Part shown: positions 31,978 to 40,539 of the stretch, piece after piece | Numbering within the stretch: position 1 is the first letter of the stretch | Layout: the number at the start of each line of letters is the position of its first letter | Source of the DNA: Candidatus Marinarcus sp. | GTDB lineage: Bacteria > Campylobacterota > Campylobacteria > Campylobacterales > Arcobacteraceae | DNA: 64,000 nt | NCBI RefSeq assembly: GCF_048571275.1 | Contig: NZ_CP182357.1 | Coordinates: 1,142,125-1,206,124 of the forward strand | Reading direction: 5' to 3' | Position numbers and translations under genes: made by a program | The notes under the pieces: model-generated | Told to the model about the DNA's origin: nothing | Seen by the model: the letters and a program-made list of their open reading frames with translations, nothing else | Databases searched by the model: none

Positions 31978-32637
31978 ATGAGTGTAAGACAAATTAAAAA
32001 AAGCTATATATCCTGCACAGGATACTTTTCAAGTTATAAGAATAAAAAACAAGTTACTTTTGAATCAGTATTAGAAAGGGATATGTTTATGTTATTGGAG
32101 TTTGATCCAAGAGTTGTTTCATATATAGAACAACCTTTTACACTTCATTATACTTATTATGATGTAAAACCTAGAAAATATACTCCTGATTTACTGATTA
32201 CATATAAAGATAAGACTCAAACAGTAGTTGAAATAAAGTATAAAGATGAACTGCTTTCAAATCAAGAGCTTGTTCAAAAACTATCTTTAGTTCAAAATGA
32301 AATAAAATTACAAAAGCATTTATCTTTTGAAATATATACTGATGAAATGATAAATAAACAATATATGCTAAATCTAAAACATATTTATAACTTTGTAAAT
32401 ATTAAAGAAGATATAGAAAAAACAAAATTGATTGAAAAAATATTAGATAATACTGGTGCCATTACAATACAAGAAGTACTTAATCAATATGATTCAAATA
32501 AAATGAAACAAACTTTTTTTCTACCCTATATTTGGAACTACGTATTTCATAATATGGGAACACTTGTAAATCAATATGAAAAGTTAACAATGAACTCGGT
32601 TCTAAGGAAAGGATACAGACTCAATGGGAATTATTGA
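31978..32637 (+). CDS. tnsA: TnsA-like endonuclease
   Basis: MSVRQIKKSY..TG N-terminus; FESVLERD; YIEQPF; YTPDLL; VEIKY (PD-(D/E)xK). Confidence 0.88.
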   Translation: MSVRQIKKSYISCTGYFSSYKNKKQVTFESVLERDMFMLLEFDPRVVSYIEQPFTLHYTYYDVKPRKYTPDLLITYKDKTQTVVEIKYKDELLSNQELVQKLSLVQNEIKLQKHLSFEIYTDEMINKQYMLNLKHIYNFVNIKEDIEKTKLIEKILDNTGAITIQEVLNQYDSNKMKQTFFLPYIWNYVFHNMGTLVNQYEKLTMNSVLRKGYRLNGNY

Positions 32638-34480
32638 TCTTAAAATTGGCTCAAAAGTTTTTTTTAACAATGAACTGTGTGAAATAATACGTATAGTTGG
32701 TTTTAATAAAGTAACTATAGTTAAAGATAATAATGGAGATATTCTTGACGTTCCACTAACAGAGCTATCTTCAAAAAAATATCTTGAAAAACCTAAGAAC
32801 TTTATTGAACATTATTCTGAGAAAGAATGGAATATTGCTAAAGAGAGATATGAGATTATAAAAAAGATTGTCTTTACTTCAAGAACAAAAGATGAAGTTA
32901 AATCTATCGCAAAAAAAGCAGGATATAGCTCTGTAACAGTATATAAATGGATAAATCTTTATGAACAAACCATGGAAATAAGCTCTTTAGTGCCACAAAC
33001 CTCATTAAGAGGGAAAAAAGGTAGTAGATTAGATGATAAGATAGAACATATTATTAATCAAATACTTGAAGATTTATATTTAAATAAACAAAGATATGGA
33101 TTTAAAAAAATCTATAATAAAATTTATCTTGAATGTAAAAAGTTAAGCCTTACTCCTCCACATGAAAATACAATTAGAAATAGAATTGAAAAAATTGATC
33201 CCAAAAAAGCAATTAAAAAAAGATATGGACATAAAGCTTCGCAACAATTCCAAAACTATGAAGGAGAATTTCCTGAAGGTAATTATCCTTTAGAGTTTAT
33301 TCAAATAGACCATACTCCTTTAGATATTATTGTTGTAGATAAACTTCATAGAAAACCATTGAAAAGACCATATCTTACATTAGCTATTGATGTATACTCA
33401 AGAATGATTACAGGCATATATGTATCACTTCAAGAACCTGCATATTATAATGTGAGCCAATGTTTATTTAATACATTTACACCTAAAGATAAGCTGCTTA
33501 GACAATATAACGTAGAAGGAGAATGGAATATTTTTGGAGTGCCGCGTATTATTGGTGTGGACAATGGTTCTGATTTAGTTTCCTCTGATATGCAAATGGT
33601 TTGTGATGAATATGGCATTACATTGATGAAAAGACCTGTAGCTCGTCCTCAATTTGGTGCACATGTTGAAAGAGTACTTGGAACAATTAATAAAGAAATA
33701 CATAACTTAGCAGGCACTACCTTTTCAAACATAAATGAGAAAGGTGTATATGATTCAGCAAAAGAGGCTATGTTTACAGTTGAAGAACTAACACAATGGA
33801 TTATTCATTATATTGTGAATGTATATCATAAAAAATATCATCATGGGATTCAAACGACACCCGAAGAAAAATATTTTAAAGGTATATTCGGTGATGAAGA
33901 AACAGCAGGTACTGGAATTTTACCACCAATAACAGATGATATGGAAGAGTTAAGGGTATCCTTACTCCCAACAGAATTTAGAACCGTTCAAAAGGATGGT
34001 ATTACTCTTGATGGCATATCTTATTACTCTGATGTGCTGAGACATTGGATTGGTAAAAAAGATAGTAAGAAATCTAAAATTAAACACAAAATAAAACGTG
34101 ATCCACTCAATATTCAAAAAATATATTTTTATGATCCTGACTTAAAAGAATATTTTGAAGTACCTTATAGAAAAATATCTGCTCCCGTTATGACACTTTG
34201 GGACTTATATGCTTCAAAAAAATATCTTAAAGATGAAAAGATTACAGATTACAATGAAGATGATATTTTTTATGCTTACGAACAATTAGAAGAAATTTCT
34301 AAAAATATAGAGCATAAACATAAAGACCATAAACAAAGAGTTAGAAGAGAACAAAAAGGAATTATAGAAAATCAAAAAGAGCCTAAAACAGAGACTAATA
34401 CCTCTGATAATCAGTATGAAGATTTATTTACAAATATTCAACTATTCCAAGTAAATGAAAAGAGTACTCTAAATGAATAA
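32624..34480 (+). CDS. tnsB: TnsB-like DDE transposase (Mu/Tn7 type)
   Basis: N-terminal HTH (TVYKWINLY); DDE motifs IQIDHT, GVDNGSD, HVERVLGT; RTVQKDGITLDGISY. Confidence 0.92.
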   Translation: MGIIDLKIGSKVFFNNELCEIIRIVGFNKVTIVKDNNGDILDVPLTELSSKKYLEKPKNFIEHYSEKEWNIAKERYEIIKKIVFTSRTKDEVKSIAKKAGYSSVTVYKWINLYEQTMEISSLVPQTSLRGKKGSRLDDKIEHIINQILEDLYLNKQRYGFKKIYNKIYLECKKLSLTPPHENTIRNRIEKIDPKKAIKKRYGHKASQQFQNYEGEFPEGNYPLEFIQIDHTPLDIIVVDKLHRKPLKRPYLTLAIDVYSRMITGIYVSLQEPAYYNVSQCLFNTFTPKDKLLRQYNVEGEWNIFGVPRIIGVDNGSDLVSSDMQMVCDEYGITLMKRPVARPQFGAHVERVLGTINKEIHNLAGTTFSNINEKGVYDSAKEAMFTVEELTQWIIHYIVNVYHKKYHHGIQTTPEEKYFKGIFGDEETAGTGILPPITDDMEELRVSLLPTEFRTVQKDGITLDGISYYSDVLRHWIGKKDSKKSKIKHKIKRDPLNIQKIYFYDPDLKEYFEVPYRKISAPVMTLWDLYASKKYLKDEKITDYNEDDIFYAYEQLEEISKNIEHKHKDHKQRVRREQKGIIENQKEPKTETNTSDNQYEDLFTNIQLFQVNEKSTLNE

Positions 34481-35414
34481 TATTAAACTTACTAAAAAAG
34501 CACAAGAATTACTACTGCAAAGTGATGAAGAAAGAATTAAATATATTCTAGAAGATAGATGGATAAACTATCCAATAGCGCAAAATATACTTGACAAACT
34601 AGAAGATATTTTTAAGTATCAAAAAAATAAAACTAGAGTTACCAGTATGCTTGTGGTTGGATCATCAAATAATGGTAAAACTTCATTACTTGAAGAGTTT
34701 AAAAGAAGGCACTTAAATTATGAGATATTTAATGAAAAAAATGAAGATGAAACAACTAATGATTTTACCGAATTATATGATGCGACAGGAATACCAGTAC
34801 TCTATCTTCAAGCTCCAACAGAACCCAGTGAATCAAGATTATATGACAATATATTTTCATCCATTGATACGACGGTAAAGAAAAGTGAAAATATATCAAG
34901 AAAACAATATCTGGTTGAATACTATATGAAGCTATTAAATGTTGAAATGATTATAATTGATGAAATTCATAATATACTTAGTGGATCAATCGCAAAACAA
35001 AAACAAACGATGAATGCAATTAAAAATCTAAGTAATCAATTAAAGATACCAATTGTTTTAGCTGGTATAAAAGACTCATTAAGAGCGATAAGTACAGATA
35101 CTCAAATAAGTAGTAGATTTAGACCTGTATATTTAACAAAGTGGCGATTAGATAAAGAGTACATCTCTTTATTGGCAACATTTCTATCTACCTTACCACT
35201 AAAGAAAGAATCAAATATTTTAAATCCTGATGTTGCGCTAAAGATACTTGATATATCCGAAGGATACATTGGAGATATTATAGGAATTTTAAAACAATCA
35301 GCTGTTTATGCGATAAATACTCAAAGTGAAAGAATCACTATTAACGAAATAAGAGAGTGTGGATATATTTCTATGTCACAAGTACATAAAGAGAGTATTC
35401 TAAAAGATGTATGA
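34473..35414 (+). CDS. tnsC: TnsC/TniB AAA+ ATPase
   Basis: RWINYP; Walker A GSSNNGKT; Walker B IIIDEIHN; QISSRF. Confidence 0.9.
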   Translation: MNNIKLTKKAQELLLQSDEERIKYILEDRWINYPIAQNILDKLEDIFKYQKNKTRVTSMLVVGSSNNGKTSLLEEFKRRHLNYEIFNEKNEDETTNDFTELYDATGIPVLYLQAPTEPSESRLYDNIFSSIDTTVKKSENISRKQYLVEYYMKLLNVEMIIIDEIHNILSGSIAKQKQTMNAIKNLSNQLKIPIVLAGIKDSLRAISTDTQISSRFRPVYLTKWRLDKEYISLLATFLSTLPLKKESNILNPDVALKILDISEGYIGDIIGILKQSAVYAINTQSERITINEIRECGYISMSQVHKESILKDV

Positions 35415-36538
35415 TAAGACACATTGGTTTAGCAGAATTCATAGATAAAAATTTTTTAATTATTCCAAAACCATATGATAATGAATTATTAAGTTCTTGG
35501 TTTGTAAGAACGGCTTATATGCATTATATGAAGCCACAATCTTTTTTTAATATGCATTTTGGATTAAAAAATAGAGGTTATTTCATAAGTGATATCGATA
35601 CAAAATTGAGTAATGAAATTTATTCTAAAATGCAAGATAAATGTAAAAATAAAATTGATATTAACAAATTAACATTAAAATATTATGCAAAAAACATCCT
35701 AGAAGAAGGCATAAAAGATTCTACAAATCATTTTATCTCAAATATGAAGTTTTGCCCTAAATGTATAAAATTAACAAATAAAAAGTTCTATTTTAGAAAA
35801 GAATGGAAACTTGTATTTTATACTGCTTGTTTAAAACATAAATGTTATTTATACGATTCTTGTCCTCATTGCTTGAGCAAAATCTTAATTACTAAAATGT
35901 ATAAAGATAAATTACCATTTACATATTGTTATAAATGTGGTTTTGATTTAAAACAATCAAAAGTAATCCCTATAAAAAAAAGACATTTATATGGACTTGA
36001 GGCAATAAAAAAACTTTTATTTATGCTTGAGAATGGTTATATCCAGTTAAAAAATACAACAGCATATTCTTTTCATTTTTTTATTGTTTTAACTCAATTG
36101 ACTAAATTAATAATGAATAAAAGAAACTTTGTATTTTTACATACTCATCCACTATTTGAAATCATTGAACTAATAAGAAATAAAGAGTTAATAACAAACA
36201 AATCTATATATCTTCAATTAGCTATAAATGAAAAGTATGCCTTATTCGGCTTACTTATGAATATATTTGAAAACTATCCTAATAACTTATCTAAGTTTAT
36301 TTTATCAAATAAACTAACCCATTGGGATATGGTGAGAGAGATTAAGTATTTACCATTTTGGTACAATGAAATAGTAAATGACATTATTCCTAGATATATG
36401 GCGTTTGGAGATATGGTTACTGAAATTGAAATTGAGAATGCAAAAAAGTATTTATTATCTCAAAATTTAGAAATCACTAAAGCCAATTTATCAAGGTTAT
36501 TTGGGCGTACGAATTATTTTAATAAGTACATTTTGTAA
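35411..36538 (+). CDS. tniQ: TniQ/TnsD-family target selector with C-terminal extension
   Basis: PKPYDNELLSSWFVR; zinc motifs FCPKC, RKEW..ACLKH..DSCPHC, YCYKCGFDL; ~190-aa C-terminal tail. Confidence 0.88.
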   Translation: MIRHIGLAEFIDKNFLIIPKPYDNELLSSWFVRTAYMHYMKPQSFFNMHFGLKNRGYFISDIDTKLSNEIYSKMQDKCKNKIDINKLTLKYYAKNILEEGIKDSTNHFISNMKFCPKCIKLTNKKFYFRKEWKLVFYTACLKHKCYLYDSCPHCLSKILITKMYKDKLPFTYCYKCGFDLKQSKVIPIKKRHLYGLEAIKKLLFMLENGYIQLKNTTAYSFHFFIVLTQLTKLIMNKRNFVFLHTHPLFEIIELIRNKELITNKSIYLQLAINEKYALFGLLMNIFENYPNNLSKFILSNKLTHWDMVREIKYLPFWYNEIVNDIIPRYMAFGDMVTEIEIENAKKYLLSQNLEITKANLSRLFGRTNYFNKYIL

Positions 36539-36664
36539 TCTTAAAATTGTTTTCTAAAAATTTTATATATGCTATTTATAGGAATCTCCTTTTAATAAAA
36601 AAACAACATTATTTAACATATAATACATTTTAGTGATTTTTCAATTCCAAGGCAAAGGCAATTT

Positions 36665-36946
36665 ATGTTAAATAAAGACACCTTAATTAGTTTAACTACT
36701 AAGCACAACTTGAATATTATTTTTAAAAACACTTCTTTTGAAATTATTACTCCTGTTAATTATCTTTTTTATGATGGGAAAAAAAGTAAAGAATATGTCT
36801 ATGAAAACTTTTTAGTTAATACCTTAAAAGATGGAAAGCAAAATGCTATTATATATGCCTATTTTGAGATAAAGAATAATGCAACTATCAATTTAAAGGA
36901 TAAAAAGTTTGAAGCTCCTCAGTGTAATTCTACTATTAATTGTTAA
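36665..36946 (+). CDS. Small hypothetical protein
   Basis: 93-aa ORF with AAGG upstream; 3' end overlaps the DNase start by 38 nt. Confidence 0.45.
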   Translation: MLNKDTLISLTTKHNLNIIFKNTSFEIITPVNYLFYDGKKSKEYVYENFLVNTLKDGKQNAIIYAYFEIKNNATINLKDKKFEAPQCNSTINC

Positions 36947-37652
36947 TCTTTCATTTGCCAATGAAACTATTGATTCTTTCTCTCAGTCCAAAAAACTATT
37001 AAGAAATATTTATAAAGACCATCAAGTTACTTTTTATGCCAATTGTAAATATAACTACAAAGATAAAAACAATATGATTGATAAAAGTTCATGTGGATAT
37101 GTTCCTCGAAATACTTATACTAAATCAGGGAAAAAAAATATAAGAGCCAATCGAATTGAATGGGAACATATCATTCCTGCAGAAAACTTTGGAAGACAAT
37201 TTGTTTGTTGGAGAGAAGGAGATGAACAATGTATTGATTCTAAAGGCAAAGCCTACAAAGGACGAAAGTGTTGTTCTAAGGTAAATCAACAGTTTAAATA
37301 TATGGAAGCTGATATGCATAACCTGGTACCTGCTATTGGTGAATTAAATGCTGATAGGTCAAACTTTAAATATGGGATGATTGAAGGTGAAGATAGAGCT
37401 TATGGTAAAGATGTAGATTTTGAAGTAGATTTTAAAAATAAACGAGCTGAACCAAAAGAAGACATCAGAGGGAATATTGCACGAACTTACTTTTACTTTG
37501 AAGGGAGGTATGGAATGAAAATATCCAAAAAAGAGAAACAACTGTTTGAAGCTTGGAATAAACTTGACCCTGTTGATGATTGGGAGATTGAGAGAAATAA
37601 GAGGATTGAAAAGCTTCAAGGGAATGGAAATAATTTTATAAAGGAAAGTTAA
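36909..37652 (+). CDS. Exported endonuclease I (EndA/Dns family DNase)
   Basis: AAGGA RBS plus TTG start; signal peptide MKLLSVILLLIVNLSFA; RIEWEHIIPAENFG; MEADMHNLVPAIGELNADRSN; conserved Cys pattern. Confidence 0.92.
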   Translation: MKLLSVILLLIVNLSFANETIDSFSQSKKLLRNIYKDHQVTFYANCKYNYKDKNNMIDKSSCGYVPRNTYTKSGKKNIRANRIEWEHIIPAENFGRQFVCWREGDEQCIDSKGKAYKGRKCCSKVNQQFKYMEADMHNLVPAIGELNADRSNFKYGMIEGEDRAYGKDVDFEVDFKNKRAEPKEDIRGNIARTYFYFEGRYGMKISKKEKQLFEAWNKLDPVDDWEIERNKRIEKLQGNGNNFIKES

Positions 37653-38305
37653 TGTTTTGGAAAAAATATAAATATGATGATATTAAGTCTGTTGAATTCA
37701 ATGAATTAAAAAAGAGAATTAAAATTGTAGTTATTGATGATGAAGAAGATAGTTTCCCAATTAAACACATGCAATCACTTGGGTTTACAATTGAATATTG
37801 GAAAGAAATTGACATCAATAACATTAAAAGATTAGAAGATGGGAATTTTGATCTTATTATTCTTGATATATATGGGGTAGTTAATCCTCAATTAGGTCAG
37901 GATTTAACAGGTTTGGATATCTTAAAATCATTGAAGCATAGAAATCCTAAACAACTCATAATCGCTTTTTCTGGTAGTAGCTACGAAATAGATAAGGGAG
38001 AATTTTGGAAATTAGCTGATGATTTCTTGAAAAAACCTTCAACAACTTTTGAGACTAAGGAAAGATTAGAAAATATTATAAATCAAAATTATTCTATAAA
38101 TACTCTTATCAATAATCTAAAAATGGTTATTTCGAGACAAATACAAGATTCTAATAAGGAAAGTGATATAGAAAAAATTATTTCAAAGGCAATTATTACT
38201 AAAAATGGAAATATAGATTTTGTCAAACTTGTAAGGCTTGGTGTTCAAGATACAGCTGCAATTACAACAATTGTTACAACAATAATCAATATTATGAAAG
38301 AATAG
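37652..38305 (+). CDS. Receiver-domain protein without a recognisable DNA-binding output
   Basis: VVIDDE; LIILDIYG (phospho-Asp); IAFSG; FLKKP. Confidence 0.75.
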   Translation: MFWKKYKYDDIKSVEFNELKKRIKIVVIDDEEDSFPIKHMQSLGFTIEYWKEIDINNIKRLEDGNFDLIILDIYGVVNPQLGQDLTGLDILKSLKHRNPKQLIIAFSGSSYEIDKGEFWKLADDFLKKPSTTFETKERLENIINQNYSINTLINNLKMVISRQIQDSNKESDIEKIISKAIITKNGNIDFVKLVRLGVQDTAAITTIVTTIINIMKE

Positions 38306-38315
38306 GTTTAAAAAA

Positions 38316-39401
38316 ATGGATACAAATAATTTTAAAATATTACTTGAAACAACATTATTCCCTTTGATGGATTTTAAAAAAAATCAGTACGATGGATTAA
38401 TGCTTAACATACACCCTTATTGCAAATCTTGCGATAAAGAATGTTTAATAAAAGGGCAAGGAAAAGATTATAAAGTTTCACTTTGTTCTGACAATATATT
38501 ATTTTTTAAAATTTCTATTAACAATAGAAGTTTTATAATTCATAGTCTTCGAAATGATTATTCAATACTTAATAGACAAGATAAAAAAAAATATCCCAAT
38601 AAGATTTTTTTTAAGCATATTGAAAAAGTTAAAAAATGGGTTGATAAAATTGAAGAAATAATTCAGTTAGATACAAAAAAGAAAAATATTATAAACTTAA
38701 ATAATTCTGTCTTTATTCATGATATGAAAAAAGTTTATTCAACAATTCTGAGAAGAATGGAAGATTATATAAGTGAAAATTCTACTTCCTCTTATCATTA
38801 TGATGAAAATTTAAGATTTCTTGATACAAATTTATTATGTATATATAAAGCAATTAATTTGCTTGATTATCAATTTAATAATGTAAACTATATTTCAAAT
38901 CCAAATGCCGTACAATATGGACAATTACGTGAAACTCATATATATAAAGCAATTGATAAACTTAACAGAATTTTGAGAACTAATTCTAAAATTAAAATTG
39001 AATTAAAAGGTACTTCCCATAATCAATTATTTTTATATGAGAGTTTTATAAGTTTGCCCTTTATTTTAATTGATAATGCTCTTAAATATTCATTAAAAGA
39101 TCAAAGTATCGAAATTCATATCAATGACTTAGATGATAAAGTATTAATAGAAATTATTTCTTTTAGCCCAAAAATAAATAGTGAAGACAAAAAACATATT
39201 TTTGAAAAATTTCAAAGAGGAGATAATGTTTGTACTCTTGTTCCAGAGGGGCAAGGTATCGGATTATATTTAGCAAAAGTTATTGCTGATGCTCATAATA
39301 TTGAAATTAAATTGGAAGAAAAAAATGGTACAACAACAACGATAGATGACGTTTTATATTGTGAAAATATTTTTAAATTTATCGTACAATCTCTCCAATA
39401 A
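38316..39401 (+). CDS. Soluble histidine kinase / HATPase_c protein
   Basis: FIHD (candidate H-box); LIDNALKYS (N); FQRG (F); GQGIGLYLAK (G2); no TM segment; Cys-rich N-terminus CKSCDKEC. Confidence 0.78.
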   Translation: MDTNNFKILLETTLFPLMDFKKNQYDGLMLNIHPYCKSCDKECLIKGQGKDYKVSLCSDNILFFKISINNRSFIIHSLRNDYSILNRQDKKKYPNKIFFKHIEKVKKWVDKIEEIIQLDTKKKNIINLNNSVFIHDMKKVYSTILRRMEDYISENSTSSYHYDENLRFLDTNLLCIYKAINLLDYQFNNVNYISNPNAVQYGQLRETHIYKAIDKLNRILRTNSKIKIELKGTSHNQLFLYESFISLPFILIDNALKYSLKDQSIEIHINDLDDKVLIEIISFSPKINSEDKKHIFEKFQRGDNVCTLVPEGQGIGLYLAKVIADAHNIEIKLEEKNGTTTTIDDVLYCENIFKFIVQSLQ

Positions 39402-39538
39402 TATTGACTATAAAAAGAGTTGATGGAATATAAATAAAGCAAATTATTAGGAGAGTTATAAATTTAAATGTCTTCTAAAAAGTAGACACAAATTCATTTA
39501 GTTTACCTTATATCAATAGATGATATTTAGATATAATT

Positions 39539-39580
39539 GGCATTATCTATTAAATATTTGCATCTTTTATTGAGAATTAC
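39539..39580 (+). repeat. Internal 42-bp repeat, copy A
   Basis: GGCATTATCTATTAAATATTTGCATCTTTTATTGAGAATTAC; 35/42 identical to copy B. Confidence 0.8.
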
Positions 39581-39652
39581 AGTAGTGACGACAACCTCTC
39601 CAGCAAATTTAGAGAATTTTTTATTTTTTTATCCATAACATTTCCTATGAGT

Positions 39653-39679
39653 AAAAAAGCAGAGGATATTTCCTCCTCT
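39653..39679 (-). terminator. Possible intrinsic terminator after the small Cys/His protein
   Basis: Minus strand AGAGGA-GGAAATA-TCCTCT-GC-TTTTTT. Confidence 0.45.
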
Positions 39680-39693
39680 ACTTAAATTTATCA

Positions 39694-39912
39694 TTAACTT
39701 GTATGACATGATGGACAACAATAGTAACAACCATTGATTCTGTTGTTAGGCCATCTTCTCTTAGCCTCATTGATTGCATCATGGCAGCTATTATGGTAAC
39801 CTAAATCAACTTGATTTTCTGGATTTGGCATGTAGCTACAACCTGTTGTTGCATTATGAACTTCATGATCACCATTGTTTTGTTGGTTTTTATTAATTAC
39901 AAACTTTGCCAT
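39694..39912 (-). CDS. Small Cys/His-rich, probably metal-binding, protein
   Basis: 72 aa: NKNQQNNGDHEVH..GC..P..N..LG..SC..A..NGCYYCCPSCHT, a pattern I recognise from mobile-element hypothetical proteins. Confidence 0.75.
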   Translation of the reverse strand: MAKFVINKNQQNNGDHEVHNATTGCSYMPNPENQVDLGYHNSCHDAINEAKRRWPNNRINGCYYCCPSCHTS

Positions 39913-39915
39913 TTA

Positions 39916-40134
39916 TTAGCCTTTCACATTTCTTGGGTCATTGCCATAAGAATTTTTCTCACGAATTTGACCATTTTGACCATGAAGTGTAAATTCAGCA
40001 TTTAACTTTTTTGCTAAACTAATCCCATATTCTCTACATTCAACTTGTGTCGAACATACTTTACTAGCTCTTTCATTGCCAGCAACTTTTGCTTTCCATC
40101 CATCAGGATGCTTTGAAACAGATACTCTGTTCAT
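39916..40134 (-). CDS. DUF2188-family protein
   Basis: HPDGWKAKVAGNERAS..TQ; LHGQNGQIREKNSYGNDP. Confidence 0.8.
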   Translation of the reverse strand: MNRVSVSKHPDGWKAKVAGNERASKVCSTQVECREYGISLAKKLNAEFTLHGQNGQIREKNSYGNDPRNVKG

Positions 40135-40290
40135 ATTAGTTCCTTATATTTAATAAATGTAACTAATCGAAACAAAATCACTTACTTTATTAAGAGTTAT
40201 GTATTGATTTTAATAATAACTTAATAGATTTAGTATAATTCTGTGTAACTTTCTAATAGCACATTAATCGTAACACAATGTGTCAACAAT

Positions 40291-40371
40291 CTTAAATTTT
40301 ATATATTTTAAGCGGCAACTTTTATATATAAAATTTAAGTAACTTATAATTGGCACTCAATTGTGCCAATT
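40291..40371. repeat. Cluster of inverted repeats downstream of jetD
   Basis: 16-bp perfect IR CTTAAATTTTATATAT (40291-40306 / 40324-40339, 17-nt spacer) and AATTGGCAC-N6-GTGCCAATT (40348-40371). Confidence 0.8.
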
Positions 40372-40490
40372 GCCAGAGTAATTATATAACTTTAGTCAGG
40401 CTTTGTCAAGTGAATTATGCTAAAAATGTAAAAATTATGTAAATAGGAAAATAATGATTTTCTGGGCTTAGTCTAAAACAAAATTACTTT

Positions 40491-40532
40491 AGCATTATTT
40501 ATTGCATATTTGTATCTTTTATTGAAAATGAC
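40491..40532 (+). repeat. Internal 42-bp repeat, copy B
   Basis: AGCATTATTTATTGCATATTTGTATCTTTTATTGAAAATGAC; 7 nt from the jetD stop. Confidence 0.8.
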
Positions 40533-40539
40533 ATTTATT

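Noticed and set aside
39465-39490. Possible IS3-like terminal repeat (..AAAAAGTAGACAC)
   Set aside because: Only a short resemblance, with no TG terminus, partner end or transposase
40351-40366. Sigma54 promoter (TGGCAC)
   Set aside because: No GC at the GG-N10-GC position on either strand; better explained as an inverted-repeat arm
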